Of a stretch of DNA of 37,892 nt, positions 29,988-37,892 are shown in pieces (position 1 is the first letter of the stretch; every line of letters starts with the position of its first letter). The stretch spans positions 1 through 37,892 of the forward strand of contig JBEVHX010000122.1 in NCBI GenBank assembly GCA_040510995.1. The letters run 5' to 3'. The DNA comes from Candidatus Nanopelagicales bacterium. GTDB lineage: Bacteria; Actinomycetota; Actinomycetes; JBEVHX01. The position numbers and the translations under genes are program-made. The notes under the pieces are model-generated. The model did no database searches. It was not told the origin of the DNA and saw nothing but the letters and a program-made list of their open reading frames with translations.

Positions 29988-30047
29988 TCCGATCTCCTTG
30001 TTCCGGGCCGGCCTCGGCGGGCGGTATCGTGACCTGGAGTTATTTCT

Positions 30048-30103
30048 GTGAACGATGTTCGCGAACGCTGTTCACCCTGGCGAAGTCCGTGTACGGTTGT
30101 CAA
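30048..30103 (-). promoter_or_regulatory. mmpL promoter (TTGACA-N18-CAGGGT) overlapped by a double-palindrome TetR operator (30048-30075)
   Basis: TGTCAA at 30098-30103 is TTGACA on the minus strand; ACCCTG at 30074-30079; operator GTGAAC-gat-GTTCGCGAAC-gct-GTTCAC. Confidence 0.7.
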
Positions 30104-30142
30104 GAGGGTTCACGGAAAAATGTCACCTGAGGAGATCCGTCG

Positions 30143-30898
30143 ATGACCGCGCAGTCGGTGGAGCAAGCGGCGCCCACCCGTCGCGAACGCCTACGGGCGC
30201 AGACGGCGACCGAGATCAAGCAGGTCGCCCGGCAGCATCTGGTTGCCGCGGGCAACGTCGCCGGGGTCCAGCTGCGGTCGGTGGCGCGGGACGTCGGCAT
30301 GACCGCCCCCGCGCTCTACCGGTACTTCCCCGGTCTCGACGAGCTGGTTCTGTCGATGACCGTTGACCTGTTCGACGAGCTGATCGGTGAGATGGAGGCG
30401 GCCCGCGACTCGGTCGAGGATGAGGTCGCGTCGCAGCTGCTCGCCGTCAGCCGGGCCTTCCGGTCGTGGTCGGTCGCCCACCCGGCCGAGTTCGCGATGA
30501 TTTTCGGCACGCCGGCCGTCAGCTTCGGCCACGGCCCGGTCAACGAGTGCGAGGAGGCCGGTGCCCGGTTCGGCACGGTGTTCGCGCAGCTGTTCATCCG
30601 GCTTTGGAACGAGCACCCGTTCGCGGCACCGACAGACGGGGACCTCGGGGACACGCTGTCGGCGGAGATCGCGCCGTACCACGAGTGGCTCACGGTCTCG
30701 CTCGCGCCGAGCATGCCCAAGGGCGCTGTCATCGTGTTCCTGGAGGCGTGGGTCAAGCTGTACGGCGTCGTCGCACTTGAGGTGTTCGGCCACCTGCAGT
30801 GGGCGATCCCAGACGGTGAGCCGCTTTTCGAACGGACCCTCAAGACGCTGTCCTCCGACTTCGGCTTCCCCGAGCGGTACCGCCCGCCGAAGGCGTGA
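30143..30898 (+). CDS. TetR/AcrR-family regulator (WHG-type C-terminal domain)
   Basis: TRRERLRA...LRSVARDVGMTAPALYRYF HTH; W..LYGVVALEVFGH C-terminus; divergent from mmpL. Confidence 0.93.
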   Translation: MTAQSVEQAAPTRRERLRAQTATEIKQVARQHLVAAGNVAGVQLRSVARDVGMTAPALYRYFPGLDELVLSMTVDLFDELIGEMEAARDSVEDEVASQLLAVSRAFRSWSVAHPAEFAMIFGTPAVSFGHGPVNECEEAGARFGTVFAQLFIRLWNEHPFAAPTDGDLGDTLSAEIAPYHEWLTVSLAPSMPKGAVIVFLEAWVKLYGVVALEVFGHLQWAIPDGEPLFERTLKTLSSDFGFPERYRPPKA

Positions 30899-31036
30899 CG
30901 GGACCGGTTCGCGAGGCCTCGTCAGACGACCGCGAGCTCGCGACGCGCTGTATCGGTCCAGCGGCTCTCTCGAGATCTCCCTTGATGCGCCGCACGAGCG
31001 CGACAAGGACAGCGTCCGCTTCCAGAAGCGGTTGAC

Positions 31037-32482
31037 TCAGAGGTCGAGCCCCGTGAGCACCAAGACGCGCTCGTAGGTGTAGTCCGCCATCGCGTACCGG
31101 AGTCCCTCACGTCCGTCACCGGACTCCTTGACCCCGCCGTACGGCATCTGTTCGGCGCGGTAGCTCGGTGCGTCGCCGATGATGACGCCGCCCACCTCGA
31201 GCTCACGGTGCATGCGGAACGCGGTTTGCACGTCGTGGGTGAACACCCCGGCCTGCAGCCCGAAGCGGGAGTCGTTCACGGCCGCGATGGCGTCATCGAC
31301 GCCGTCGACCGCCCGCACGACGAGCACCGGGCCGAACACTTCCTCGCAGACGACCTTGGCGTCGACCGGCACGTCGACCAGAACAGTGGGCGCATAGGTC
31401 GCGCCGTCACGGGTGCCACCGGTCAGGACCTTGGCGCCAGCCTGCACGGCTTCATCCACCCAGGCCTCAACGCGCTCGGCGGCGGCCTGCGACACCATCG
31501 GCCCGACGTCGGTCGCCTCGTCGACGGGGTCGCCGGTGACCTGCGCCTCGACCTTCTCGACGATGCGCTCGAGTGCACGGTCGAACACACCTCGGTCCAA
31601 CAAGACGCGCTGAACCGAGATGCACGACTGCCCCGCCTGGTAGTTCGAGAACGCCGCGATCCGGGTCGCCGCCCAGTCGAGGTCGGCGTCGGAGTGGTAG
31701 TCGCCGAGCACCACCGCGGCCGCGTTGCCGCCGAGCTCCAGCGTCACGTGTTTGCGCGGCACCGCGTCGCGGATCGCATACCCGACCGGTGCCGAGCCGG
31801 TGAACGAGACGACCGGTAGCCGGGGATCGGCGACCAGGGCATGCATCCGGTCGTTGGGCACGGGCAGCACCGAGAACATCGGCGCCGGCAGCTCGGTCTC
31901 GGCGAGCAGCTCACCGAGCAGCAGGGCGGACAGCGGCGTCGCGGGGGCAGGCTTCAGCAGGATCGGCGCGCCGACCGCGATCGCGGGTGCCACCTTGTGC
32001 GCCACCAGGTTGAGCGGGAAGTTGAACGGCGCGATCCCGAGCACCGGTCCACGGGGGACCCGTCGAACGAGGGCGAGCCGCCCCCTCGCCGCAGGCTCGG
32101 TGTCGAGCCGCTGCACCTCGCCGTTCCACTGCCTGGTCAGCTCGGCGGCCCAGCGGAAGACGGACACAGCGCGGCCGGCCTCGGCCCGGGCCCACTTCAT
32201 CGGCTTGCCGTTCTCGGCGCTGATCAGCTTGGCGACTTCGTCGCCGCGCTCCCGCAGCCGCCCTGACACGTGCATGAGCACGTCGGCCCGGACCGACAGC
32301 GGCAGCCGCGCCGCCTCGGCCCGTATGCCATCCAGCGCGGCAACGGCCTCCTCGACCTGCTCAGGGCTGGGGACCGCGACGGTCGCGACCAGTCTGCCGT
32401 CGAACGGGTTGTGGACCTCATGCAAGTCGGATCCGAGAGCGGGCCGGCCGGCGAGGAAGAAGGGGCGGACGTCGGGGCTCAT
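31037..32482 (-). CDS. Aldehyde dehydrogenase family protein
   Basis: APFNFPLNL, KPAPATP, SFTGS, LELGGN, GQSCISVQR (catalytic Cys), EEVFGP, PYGGVKESG. Confidence 0.95.
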   Translation of the reverse strand: MSPDVRPFFLAGRPALGSDLHEVHNPFDGRLVATVAVPSPEQVEEAVAALDGIRAEAARLPLSVRADVLMHVSGRLRERGDEVAKLISAENGKPMKWARAEAGRAVSVFRWAAELTRQWNGEVQRLDTEPAARGRLALVRRVPRGPVLGIAPFNFPLNLVAHKVAPAIAVGAPILLKPAPATPLSALLLGELLAETELPAPMFSVLPVPNDRMHALVADPRLPVVSFTGSAPVGYAIRDAVPRKHVTLELGGNAAAVVLGDYHSDADLDWAATRIAAFSNYQAGQSCISVQRVLLDRGVFDRALERIVEKVEAQVTGDPVDEATDVGPMVSQAAAERVEAWVDEAVQAGAKVLTGGTRDGATYAPTVLVDVPVDAKVVCEEVFGPVLVVRAVDGVDDAIAAVNDSRFGLQAGVFTHDVQTAFRMHRELEVGGVIIGDAPSYRAEQMPYGGVKESGDGREGLRYAMADYTYERVLVLTGLDL

Positions 32483-32539
32483 GTCGTCGAGGCTACGGCT
32501 GTCCCGGCGGGCTCAGGCAGGCCACGTACCCTCGGCCGC

Positions 32540-33904
32540 ATGAGTGCGCATGAGAACCAGCCCATCGGTGGCCCCGCCCTTCCGCAAGAACGTCGTCTGG
32601 TGACCGAGATCCCAGGACCTCGCTCACGCGAGCTGTTCGAGCGTCGCAACGCCGCAGTGGCGCGCGGCCTCGGGACAACGCTGCCCGTGTTCATCGAGAA
32701 GGCCGGTGGCGGAGTGCTCGTCGACGTCGACGGGAACTCGCTCATCGACATGGGCGCAGGCATCGCGGTGGTCAGTGTCGGCAATGCTGCTGACCACGTG
32801 GTGAGCGCTGTGCAGGAGCAGGTGGCCGCGTTCACACACACCTGCTTCATGGTGACGCCCTACACCGGCTACGTCGAGGTGTGTGAACAGCTCAACCGGC
32901 TCACGCCGGGCGACCACGCGAAGAAGTCCGCACTCTTCAACTCTGGCGCGGAGGCAGTCGAGAACGCGGTGAAGATCGCGCGCGCACACACCGGCCGGGA
33001 CGCGGTCGTCGTCTTCGAGCACGGCTACCACGGCCGGACCAACCTGACGATGGCGATGACGGCGAAGAACATGCCGTACAAGCACTCCTTCGGGCCGTTC
33101 GCGGGCGAGGTCTACCGGATGCCGTTGGCTTACCCCTTCCGCTGGCCGACCGGGCCCGACAACGCTGGGTCTGAGGCGTTGGCGGCCGCGATCACGAAGA
33201 TCGACAAGGAGATCGGCGCACAGAACGTGGCGGCGATCGTCATCGAGCCGATCGCCGGCGAGGGCGGCTTCATCGTCCCTGGGCGCGGGTTCCTGCCGGG
33301 CCTGGCCGCATACGCACGCGAGAACGAGATCGTGTTTGTCGCGGACGAGATCCAGACCGGGTTCTGCCGCACCGGTCAGTGGTTCGCCTGCGAGGACGAG
33401 GGGGTCGTGCCCGACCTGGTCACTACCGCGAAGGGCATCGCCGGGGGGCTACCCCTCGCTGGCGTGACCGGGCGCGCCGAGGTCATGGACGCCACGCACG
33501 TCGGAGGCCTCGGCGGCACGTATGGCGGCAACCCGGTCGCCTGCGCGGCCGCGCTCGGCGCGATCCGCACGATGGAGGAGCTTGACCTCGCTGGGGCCGC
33601 ACGACGCATCGGCGATGTGATGCTCCCGCGGCTGCACGCGCTCGCCGATGCGCACCCGGTGGTCGGGGACGTGCGGGGCCGCGGGGCGATGATCGCCATC
33701 GAGCTGGTCGAGCCCGGCACGCTGACCCCCCACGCGTCGGCTGCGTCCGAAATGGCGGCGTTCTGCCATCGCGAAGGCGTCCTTGCGCTGACCGCGGGCA
33801 CCTACGGGAACGTGCTCCGCTTCCTGCCCCCGCTCGTAATGCCCGAGCACCTGCTCGACGAGGCGCTCACCGTCATCGAGAAGGCCGCGGCTTCCTTGGA
33901 CTGA
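32540..33904 (+). CDS. gabT: 4-aminobutyrate--2-oxoglutarate transaminase
   Basis: FTHTCFMV, NSGAEAVENAVK, YHGRTNLTM, ADEIQTG, TTAKGIAGG, GGTYGGNP; ATG 32540 follows TACCCT-N7. Confidence 0.93.
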   Translation: MSAHENQPIGGPALPQERRLVTEIPGPRSRELFERRNAAVARGLGTTLPVFIEKAGGGVLVDVDGNSLIDMGAGIAVVSVGNAADHVVSAVQEQVAAFTHTCFMVTPYTGYVEVCEQLNRLTPGDHAKKSALFNSGAEAVENAVKIARAHTGRDAVVVFEHGYHGRTNLTMAMTAKNMPYKHSFGPFAGEVYRMPLAYPFRWPTGPDNAGSEALAAAITKIDKEIGAQNVAAIVIEPIAGEGGFIVPGRGFLPGLAAYARENEIVFVADEIQTGFCRTGQWFACEDEGVVPDLVTTAKGIAGGLPLAGVTGRAEVMDATHVGGLGGTYGGNPVACAAALGAIRTMEELDLAGAARRIGDVMLPRLHALADAHPVVGDVRGRGAMIAIELVEPGTLTPHASAASEMAAFCHREGVLALTAGTYGNVLRFLPPLVMPEHLLDEALTVIEKAAASLD

Positions 33905-33924
33905 CCTCTCGCCCACGTCCCCGG

Positions 33925-33968
33925 GTGTTGACGTTGGCGGGGCTTGACCCAGCTCCGCCCGTGAACAT
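33925..33968. repeat. REP-like palindrome downstream of gabT
   Basis: GTGTTGACGTTGGCGGGGCT ... AGCTCCGCCCGTGAACAT, imperfect arms. Confidence 0.55.
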
Positions 33969-33976
33969 TCGCGGAC

Positions 33977-34744
33977 CTAGTGGCTTGGTCGGGTCGCGCG
34001 CCGGAGGCGGTCACTCAGCTCTCGAAGCGCATCGAGGAGCTCGGCCGGCGCCTCGACAGTGAAGTCCGCTCCCAGGAGGGCGAGCCATCCCGCGAGCATC
34101 ATCGGGTCGTCGGAGCCGACGTCGATGACACAGTTCTCGTCGTCGATCGGCTGCACGTCGATCGTCGAGGGAAGGCGGCCGGCGATGAGCTCGGCCGGCG
34201 CGTGCACGGTCGCTCGCGCGCGGACAGCCCAGGTCGCTGTTGCGATCCCACGCGCCACGTAGGACGCGACGTCGCCGTCCCCCGGGAGTTCGCGTGGGGT
34301 GAACCGCGGCCCATTGGGCGTTCTGACGTTGATCCGGTCGGCGCGCAGCGTGCGCCACTCGTCCACGGTTCGGTCCCACGCCAGCAGGTACCAACGACCG
34401 CGCGCATGAACCAGCCGATGCGGCTCGACGACTCGACGAGATTCCAGGTCGTCGTGCCCCCGGTAGCCGATGCGCAGCGACTCATGGTCCCGGCAGGCGG
34501 CGGCGAGTGCCGTGAGCAGCGTCGGGCTCACGGACGGCGCGCCGTCGGTGGCGTTCACCGTGAAGGCCCGAAGCGAGCGGACCCGATGCCGCAGTCGTGA
34601 CGGCAGTACCTGCTCGAGCTTCACGAGAGCACCGAGCGACGCCTCGTCGACACCGTCCACGCCCGCTCCGGTCGAGACGCCGAGCCCGACAGCGACGGCC
34701 ACTGCCTCGTCGTCGTCGAGCAGGAGGGGAGGCAGGTTTCCCCC
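33977..34744 (-). pseudogene. 5'-truncated YafY/PafC-like WYL transcriptional regulator (HTH domain missing)
   Basis: Homology begins abruptly at GGNLPPLLLDDDEAVAVAVGL; VEPHRLV...RWYLLAWD...WRTLRADR intact; sequence upstream is the antisense of another gene. Confidence 0.85.
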
Positions 34745-35280
34745 GCACGGCGGCGGTCGTCGGTGAGTTCGTTCCGGTGGATCTCGACGCTTTGGCCGAT
34801 GACGACCGCGCACGGTTGCTGGTTTTGCAAGCCGAGGCTGCCGAGGGCATGGGCTACCTCAAGCTGCAGTCGACGCATCCCCAGACCGTCGGGTATGCGC
34901 TCGCCGACTCCCCTGCGTTCCAGCTCGCCTGGATCGCCGAGCCGTTCCACGACTGGACTGAACCGGTCCCAGAGCGACCCCACGGCGTCGACACCGACCG
35001 GTTGCTGACCAATGTCAGCGTCTATTGGTTCACCCGGACCGGGCCGAGCGCCGCGCACGCGTTGGACGAGAACGCGCACAGCCACGAATGGATCCCCTCT
35101 GGCGACGCGCCCTTAGGGTGGGCCGTGTTCGGGGCCGACCCGCTGGTCCGCCAGCTGATGGACCCGGAGCACAGGATCGAGCACTGGTCGGAGTACGAGC
35201 GCGGGGGGCACTTTCCCGCGCTGGAGGTGCCCGACCTGCTGGTCGCCGACCTCCGCGACTTCCTCCGCGGTCGCCGCTGA
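34745..35280 (+). pseudogene. 5'-truncated microsomal-type epoxide hydrolase (C-terminal half only)
   Basis: GYLKLQSTHPQTVGYALADSPAFQLAWIAE...LLTNVSVYWFT...ERGGHFPALEVPDLLVADLRDF; no N-terminal domain, nucleophile motif or plausible start. Confidence 0.85.
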
Positions 35281-35287
35281 CGCCAAC

Positions 35288-35387
35288 TCAACATGCGGGG
35301 GCTCATCAGGCGCCGGACGAGCCCCGATCCCGGATGTTGACGTTCGCGCCCGATGTTGACGCGACATCGGGTGCGAACGTCAACATC
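35288..35387. repeat. Compound palindromic element (two adjacent hairpins) between convergent genes
   Basis: GATGTTGACGTTCGCGCCCGATGT-N7-ACATCGGGTGCGAACGTCAACATC (35333-35387, 23/24 match), preceded by TCAACAT...GGGGCTC...GAGCCCC. Confidence 0.85.
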
Positions 35388-35393
35388 GCGCGC

Positions 35394-36725
35394 TCAGGCG
35401 ATCTGCGCGACCGACGTGATCGCCCGCTCCACCTCGGCCGGCGAGACGACGATGCTCGTGCCGAAGCGCACCAGTTGCTGCCGGTAGGGCATGAGCCCGC
35501 GATCCCGAAGTCGTCGCGCAGCCGGCGGACCGCTGCCTCCAGCGGAAGCCCGTCGAGGTCGCAGCAGACGATGCCCGATGACAGGTCGGGGCTGCGTGGA
35601 GTCGCGAGCCGGACCCCGTCAATGCCCTGTAGTCCGTCCTTGAGCTGAGTGGCCAACTCAGTAGTCCGTGCGGCCACTCGCGCCCGTCCGATGTCCAGAT
35701 GCATCCGGAACGCGTCGGACAGCGCCCAGCGATGCTCGAACGCCGTGTACCCACCGGGCGTGTGCGCCAAGCCGAAGGGACTCGGGTCGTCATTGCCGAA
35801 CAGCCAGTTGCCGACGGTCGGCGCGTAGAAGGCCGGGATCGTCGGAGCGATCCGCTGAGCCACGCCCGGCCTCGCCCAGACCAGGCCGGTGCCGCGCGGA
35901 CCGAACAACCACTTGTGCGTGCCGGTGATGAACACGTCGCAGCCAAGGTCGAGCGGACCCGAGTCCTCCGCGCCGAACCCGTGGACGGCGTCGACGGCGA
36001 GCACGACCTGGTCGCCATACCCAGCCGACGACAAGGCGTCCGCGATCGCGCGCCGGCATCTTCACACCCGTGCTCGAGTGGACCCAGGTGATGGCCAGCA
36101 GACGAGTCGTCGGCCGGACCCTTGCGAGCAGTCGGCTGACGATCTCGTCGATGCTCGCCGTCGCGGGGTCTTCGTTCAGCCGCACTCGCTCGACATCAGC
36201 CAGCGCTCGGGCCGCGGCCAGGCGCAGCGCCTCGTGGGTGGAGTAGAAGTCGTGCTCGGTGGTGAGCACGTGGTCGCCCGCTGCGAGCTGCAGGCCGCCA
36301 TACACCAGCCCCAGGCCGGCGGTCGTGCTCGACGTCAGCGCAACCTGTTCGGCGGGGTGCACGTCCTCAGTGGTCGCGACCCCGAGATAGGTCGCCGCTG
36401 CCGCATACACGGCCTCGTCCAGCTGTTGTTCGTCGAGCAGAGTCGCGACGGCGTCGTTGTCGAGCGCCGTTCGCCAGCGAGCGATCGCGTCCCTGACGAC
36501 GGCCGGATGCCCAGCGAGGACGAAGGCGTCGAAATGCGCCACGTCGGGATCGAAGGGGAACTGCGCCCGGACCCCCTCCCAGGTCCGCAGGTCAGGTTCG
36601 GCCGACGGTGACGCGACCGGCTCGATCCGCGAGCCGGTGCACGAGGTCAGCGCCAGCCCCGACCCACCCGTCAGTGCCAGGCTTCCAGTGAGGAAACCTC
36701 GCCGGCCGATCTGCACCGACGACAC
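35394..36725 (-). pseudogene. Class V aminotransferase-fold PLP enzyme (PvdN-like), Tat lipoprotein, interrupted by two frameshifts (~36050 and ~35494)
   Basis: GRRGFL and LTSC signal; WEGVRAQF, TTEHDFYST, TWVHSSTGVKMP | AIADA...VDAVHGFG...GTHKWLFGPRGTG...PGGYTAFEHRWAL...GIAGS | MPYRQQLVRFG...QIA*. Confidence 0.8.
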
Positions 36726-36775
36726 TTCGTGAGTCACTCCCCGCCCGGGGTCGCGATCTCCTCGGCGCCGCCGCG

Positions 36776-37816
36776 TTACGCCTGCGAGGCTCCCGGCGCC
36801 GGAACGCGGTCCGCCAGCAGCGGTTGCCGGGGATCCCACGTCGAGCCGTCCTGCTCGTCCCGACGACGACGGGCGATCGCTGAGAGCGCCTCCAGACAGA
36901 CCCGGTTCGCCAGCGCGGCGGTGATTTCCGACTGGTCGAACGGCGGGGACACCTCGACGACGTCCATGCCCGCGACGGGCAGCTCGTATGCGATGCGGCG
37001 CACGGCGTCCAGTAGCTGCCGGGCAGACAGCCCGCCGGGCTCGGGAGTGCCGGTACCCGGAGCGTGTCCGGGATCGCACACGTCGATGTCGACGGACAGG
37101 AAGACGCCGTCGCAGTCGTCGGTCGCGATCGCGAACGCCTCGGTCAGGCACTCGTCGAGGCCCCGGGTCACGATCTCGGTCATCTCATACGACCGCATGC
37201 TCTGCTCGGCCATCCACTGCAAGGTCTCCGGCTCTGGCCAGTAGCCGCGCAGTCCGATCTGCAGAAAGCGGTCGCCGCGGACCGCGCCGGACTCGATGAG
37301 CCGGCGCATCGGCTGACCGTGGCCGATCAGCGAGCCGAATGTCACGTCGCCGGTGTCCGCGTGGGCGTCGAAGTGGATCAGCGACACCCGCCCCCAGCCG
37401 ATGTTGCGCGCTACCCCGGTCGCGTCCGGCCACGTGATGGTGTGATCGCCGCCGAGGACCAGCGGGATCGCCCCGTGGGCCGCGGCCTTGGTGACCGCGG
37501 CGTCCAGGTCGTGCACGCTGCGCTCGGCGTCGCCGCTGAACAGCTCGACGTCACCGGCGTCGAGAACCTTGAGGTCCTGCAGCCCGTCGGTCCGCAGCGC
37601 GAGCGACGGGCGCGAGCCGTCGTGCGGCAGGTAGTCCCAACTGCGGATCGCCTGCGGCCCGAACCGTGCCCCCGAGCGGTAGGAAGTGCCGCCGTCGAAG
37701 GGGGCGCCCACGATGACAATGTCGGCGTCGGCATACGTCGACTCGTCGTCCAGGTCGCACCGGTCCACGCCGAGAAATGTGATGTCTGGTCCGAACATCG
37801 GGCCGTACCTGGTCAT
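36776..37816 (-). CDS. speB: Agmatinase / ureohydrolase family protein
   Basis: GAPFDGGTSYRSGARFGP, LGGDHTIT, HFDAHAD, SVDIDVCDPGHAPGTGTPEPGG, VEVSP. Exact guanidino substrate not determinable. Confidence 0.88.
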   Translation of the reverse strand: MTRYGPMFGPDITFLGVDRCDLDDESTYADADIVIVGAPFDGGTSYRSGARFGPQAIRSWDYLPHDGSRPSLALRTDGLQDLKVLDAGDVELFSGDAERSVHDLDAAVTKAAAHGAIPLVLGGDHTITWPDATGVARNIGWGRVSLIHFDAHADTGDVTFGSLIGHGQPMRRLIESGAVRGDRFLQIGLRGYWPEPETLQWMAEQSMRSYEMTEIVTRGLDECLTEAFAIATDDCDGVFLSVDIDVCDPGHAPGTGTPEPGGLSARQLLDAVRRIAYELPVAGMDVVEVSPPFDQSEITAALANRVCLEALSAIARRRRDEQDGSTWDPRQPLLADRVPAPGASQA

Positions 37817-37846
37817 CCCCGCACGCTATTCCTCGCTGCCCCCGCC

Positions 37847-37892
37847 AATGTGGACGTTCGCGAGGTTGGGACGGCCCCGGTCTCGCGAACGT
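37847..37892. repeat. REP-like palindrome upstream of speB, cut by the window edge
   Basis: AATGTGG-ACGTTCGCGAG-gttgggacggccccggt-CTCGCGAACGT; 11-bp perfect arms visible. Confidence 0.7.

Noticed and set aside
30899-31036. Possible small RNA or small ORF between TetR and ALDH
   Set aside because: Only short GC-rich stems (for example CCGCTTC/GAAGCGG) consistent with terminators of convergent genes; no promoter or coding signal.
34745-34813. Apparent N-terminus of an intact 278-aa WYL protein
   Set aside because: It is the antisense strand of the epoxide hydrolase remnant; no SD, promoter or HTH.
35306-36034. Standalone 242-aa aminotransferase ORF
   Set aside because: Middle fragment of the frameshifted PvdN-like gene, with an out-of-frame tail running into the palindrome.
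1-37892. Prophage, IS element, defence system, tRNA or rRNA
   Set aside because: No integrase, transposase, nuclease or structural-RNA signatures; no obvious composition shift; the WYL gene is a YafY-type regulator remnant, not defence-associated here.

Overview
GC-rich actinobacterial chromosomal segment carrying the conserved core array dxr-rseP-ispG-GNAT-MFS-proS-HAD / Tat-lipoprotein+DUF4439 / rimP-nusA-ylxR-infB-DUF503-rbfA-truB ... ribF ... rpsO-pnp (mostly minus strand). Accessory genes are interleaved: amidase, PMT-like glycosyltransferase, ABC exporter with a DesK/DesR-like two-component system, a membrane protein plus ppk2, ltrA, and MmpL plus TetR. A polyamine/GABA-type cluster (aldehyde dehydrogenase, gabT, agmatinase) lies at the right end. 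I see no tRNA, rRNA, CRISPR, integrase or transposase. The most striking non-coding signal is a chain of three ATGA-overlapped mini-ORFs (MSAR*, MSTQR*, MSTPTH*) ending flush against a hairpin next to the infB Shine-Dalgarno, a candidate termination/re-initiation sensor for IF2 synthesis. Other notable items: a head-to-head deletion fusion of a WYL regulator and an epoxide hydrolase, a doubly frameshifted Tat-lipoprotein PvdN-like PLP enzyme behind agmatinase, a dispersed family of intergenic palindromes with ATGTTG-type ends, clear DesR-type and TetR operators, and many apparently leaderless genes. All calls come from motif recognition by eye; no database searches were run.
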